A stretch of DNA of 39,893 bases, taken from the NCBI GenBank assembly GCA_037143835.1, contig JBAWXY010000003.1, positions 1 to 39,893 of the forward strand, read 5' to 3'. This document shows, one piece after another, positions 39,510 through 39,893 of the stretch; position 1 is the first letter of the stretch; each line of letters opens with the position of its first letter. A program made the translations under genes and the position numbers. Under the pieces are notes generated by a model, which was not told the DNA's origin, did not search any database, and saw only the letters and a list, made by a program, of their open reading frames with translations. The DNA is from Bacteroidota bacterium. GTDB taxonomy: Bacteria; Bacteroidota; Bacteroidia; Bacteroidales; VadinHA17.

Positions 39510-39893
39510 GAGTTGAAATAATGGATACTACCCTCAGGGATGGAGAACAGACTCAGGGAGTGTCATACTCACCGCTCGAAAAGCTCCATATAGCCAAACT
39601 TCTTTTGAAAGATTTAAAAGTTGACCGTATTGAGGTGGCATCAGCACGCGTATCAACAGGTGAATTTGAAGCTATCAGGCAGATAACAGACTGGGCCCGT
39701 CACAACAACCTACACAGGAAAGTCGAGGTACTTGGTTTTGTTGACGGTGAGATTTCACTTAACTGGATAAAAGATGCAGGAGGAAATGTTATCAACCTTC
39801 TTTGCAAGGGGTCGCTGCGACATCTCGAGAAACAATTAAGAAAAACGCCCGAAAAGCATGTTAGTGATATTAAAGAAATTATAAGGAAGGCTG
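39506..39893 (+). CDS. cimA: Citramalate synthase (LeuA paralogue), 5' part; runs off the window
   Basis: ATGA overlap with the leuD stop; [43 protein letters not shown] and NLLCKGS are typical of Bacteroides/Leptospira-type CimA. Confidence 0.85.
   Translation, partial: MRVEIMDTTLRDGEQTQGVSYSPLEKLHIAKLLLKDLKVDRIEVASARVSTGEFEAIRQITDWARHNNLHRKVEVLGFVDGEISLNWIKDAGGNVINLLCKGSLRHLEKQLRKTPEKHVSDIKEIIRKA

Noticed and set aside
35976-39550. Near-identical 27-nt stretch in leuA and cimA (GATACYACCCTCAGGGATGGAGAACAG)
   Set aside because: It encodes the invariant DTTLRDGEQ motif of both paralogs and the flanks diverge at once, so there is no need to invoke a repeat or gene conversion.

Overview
AT-rich Bacteroidota (probably Bacteroidales) chromosomal window, judged from the SusC/SusD pair, TAnnTTTG promoter elements and the Bacteroides-type ilvC and cimA. 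Bases 1-1058 hold the 5' part of an ABC-F ATPase gene. Bases ~1130-30300 form a ~29 kb carbohydrate-utilisation region. It has a LacI regulator, GH35, an Abp-like GH27, GH29, an esterase with an extra N-terminal domain, SusC/SusD, an ExuT-like MFS transporter and a PL6-like remnant. It also has an unusually dense set of exported redox and TIM-barrel enzymes (2 Tat-signal Gfo/Idh/MocA, 4 exported sugar isomerase/epimerase-family proteins, an amidohydrolase lipoprotein) and a non-HemE URO-D-fold protein. An uncharacterised run of a plug-only TonB-receptor fragment, a DUF6057-like membrane protein and a CxxCH beta-propeller lipoprotein lies within it. Bases 30432-39893 hold a fused ilvD-ilvB-ilvN-ilvC-leuA-leuC-leuD-cimA operon, preceded by an unannotated Ile/Leu-rich leader peptide and attenuator. 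Several intergenic gaps contain 6-8 bp tandem arrays and REP-like palindromes. No rRNA, tRNA, CRISPR array or intact transposase was seen. All family calls are by motif recognition; no database searches were run.
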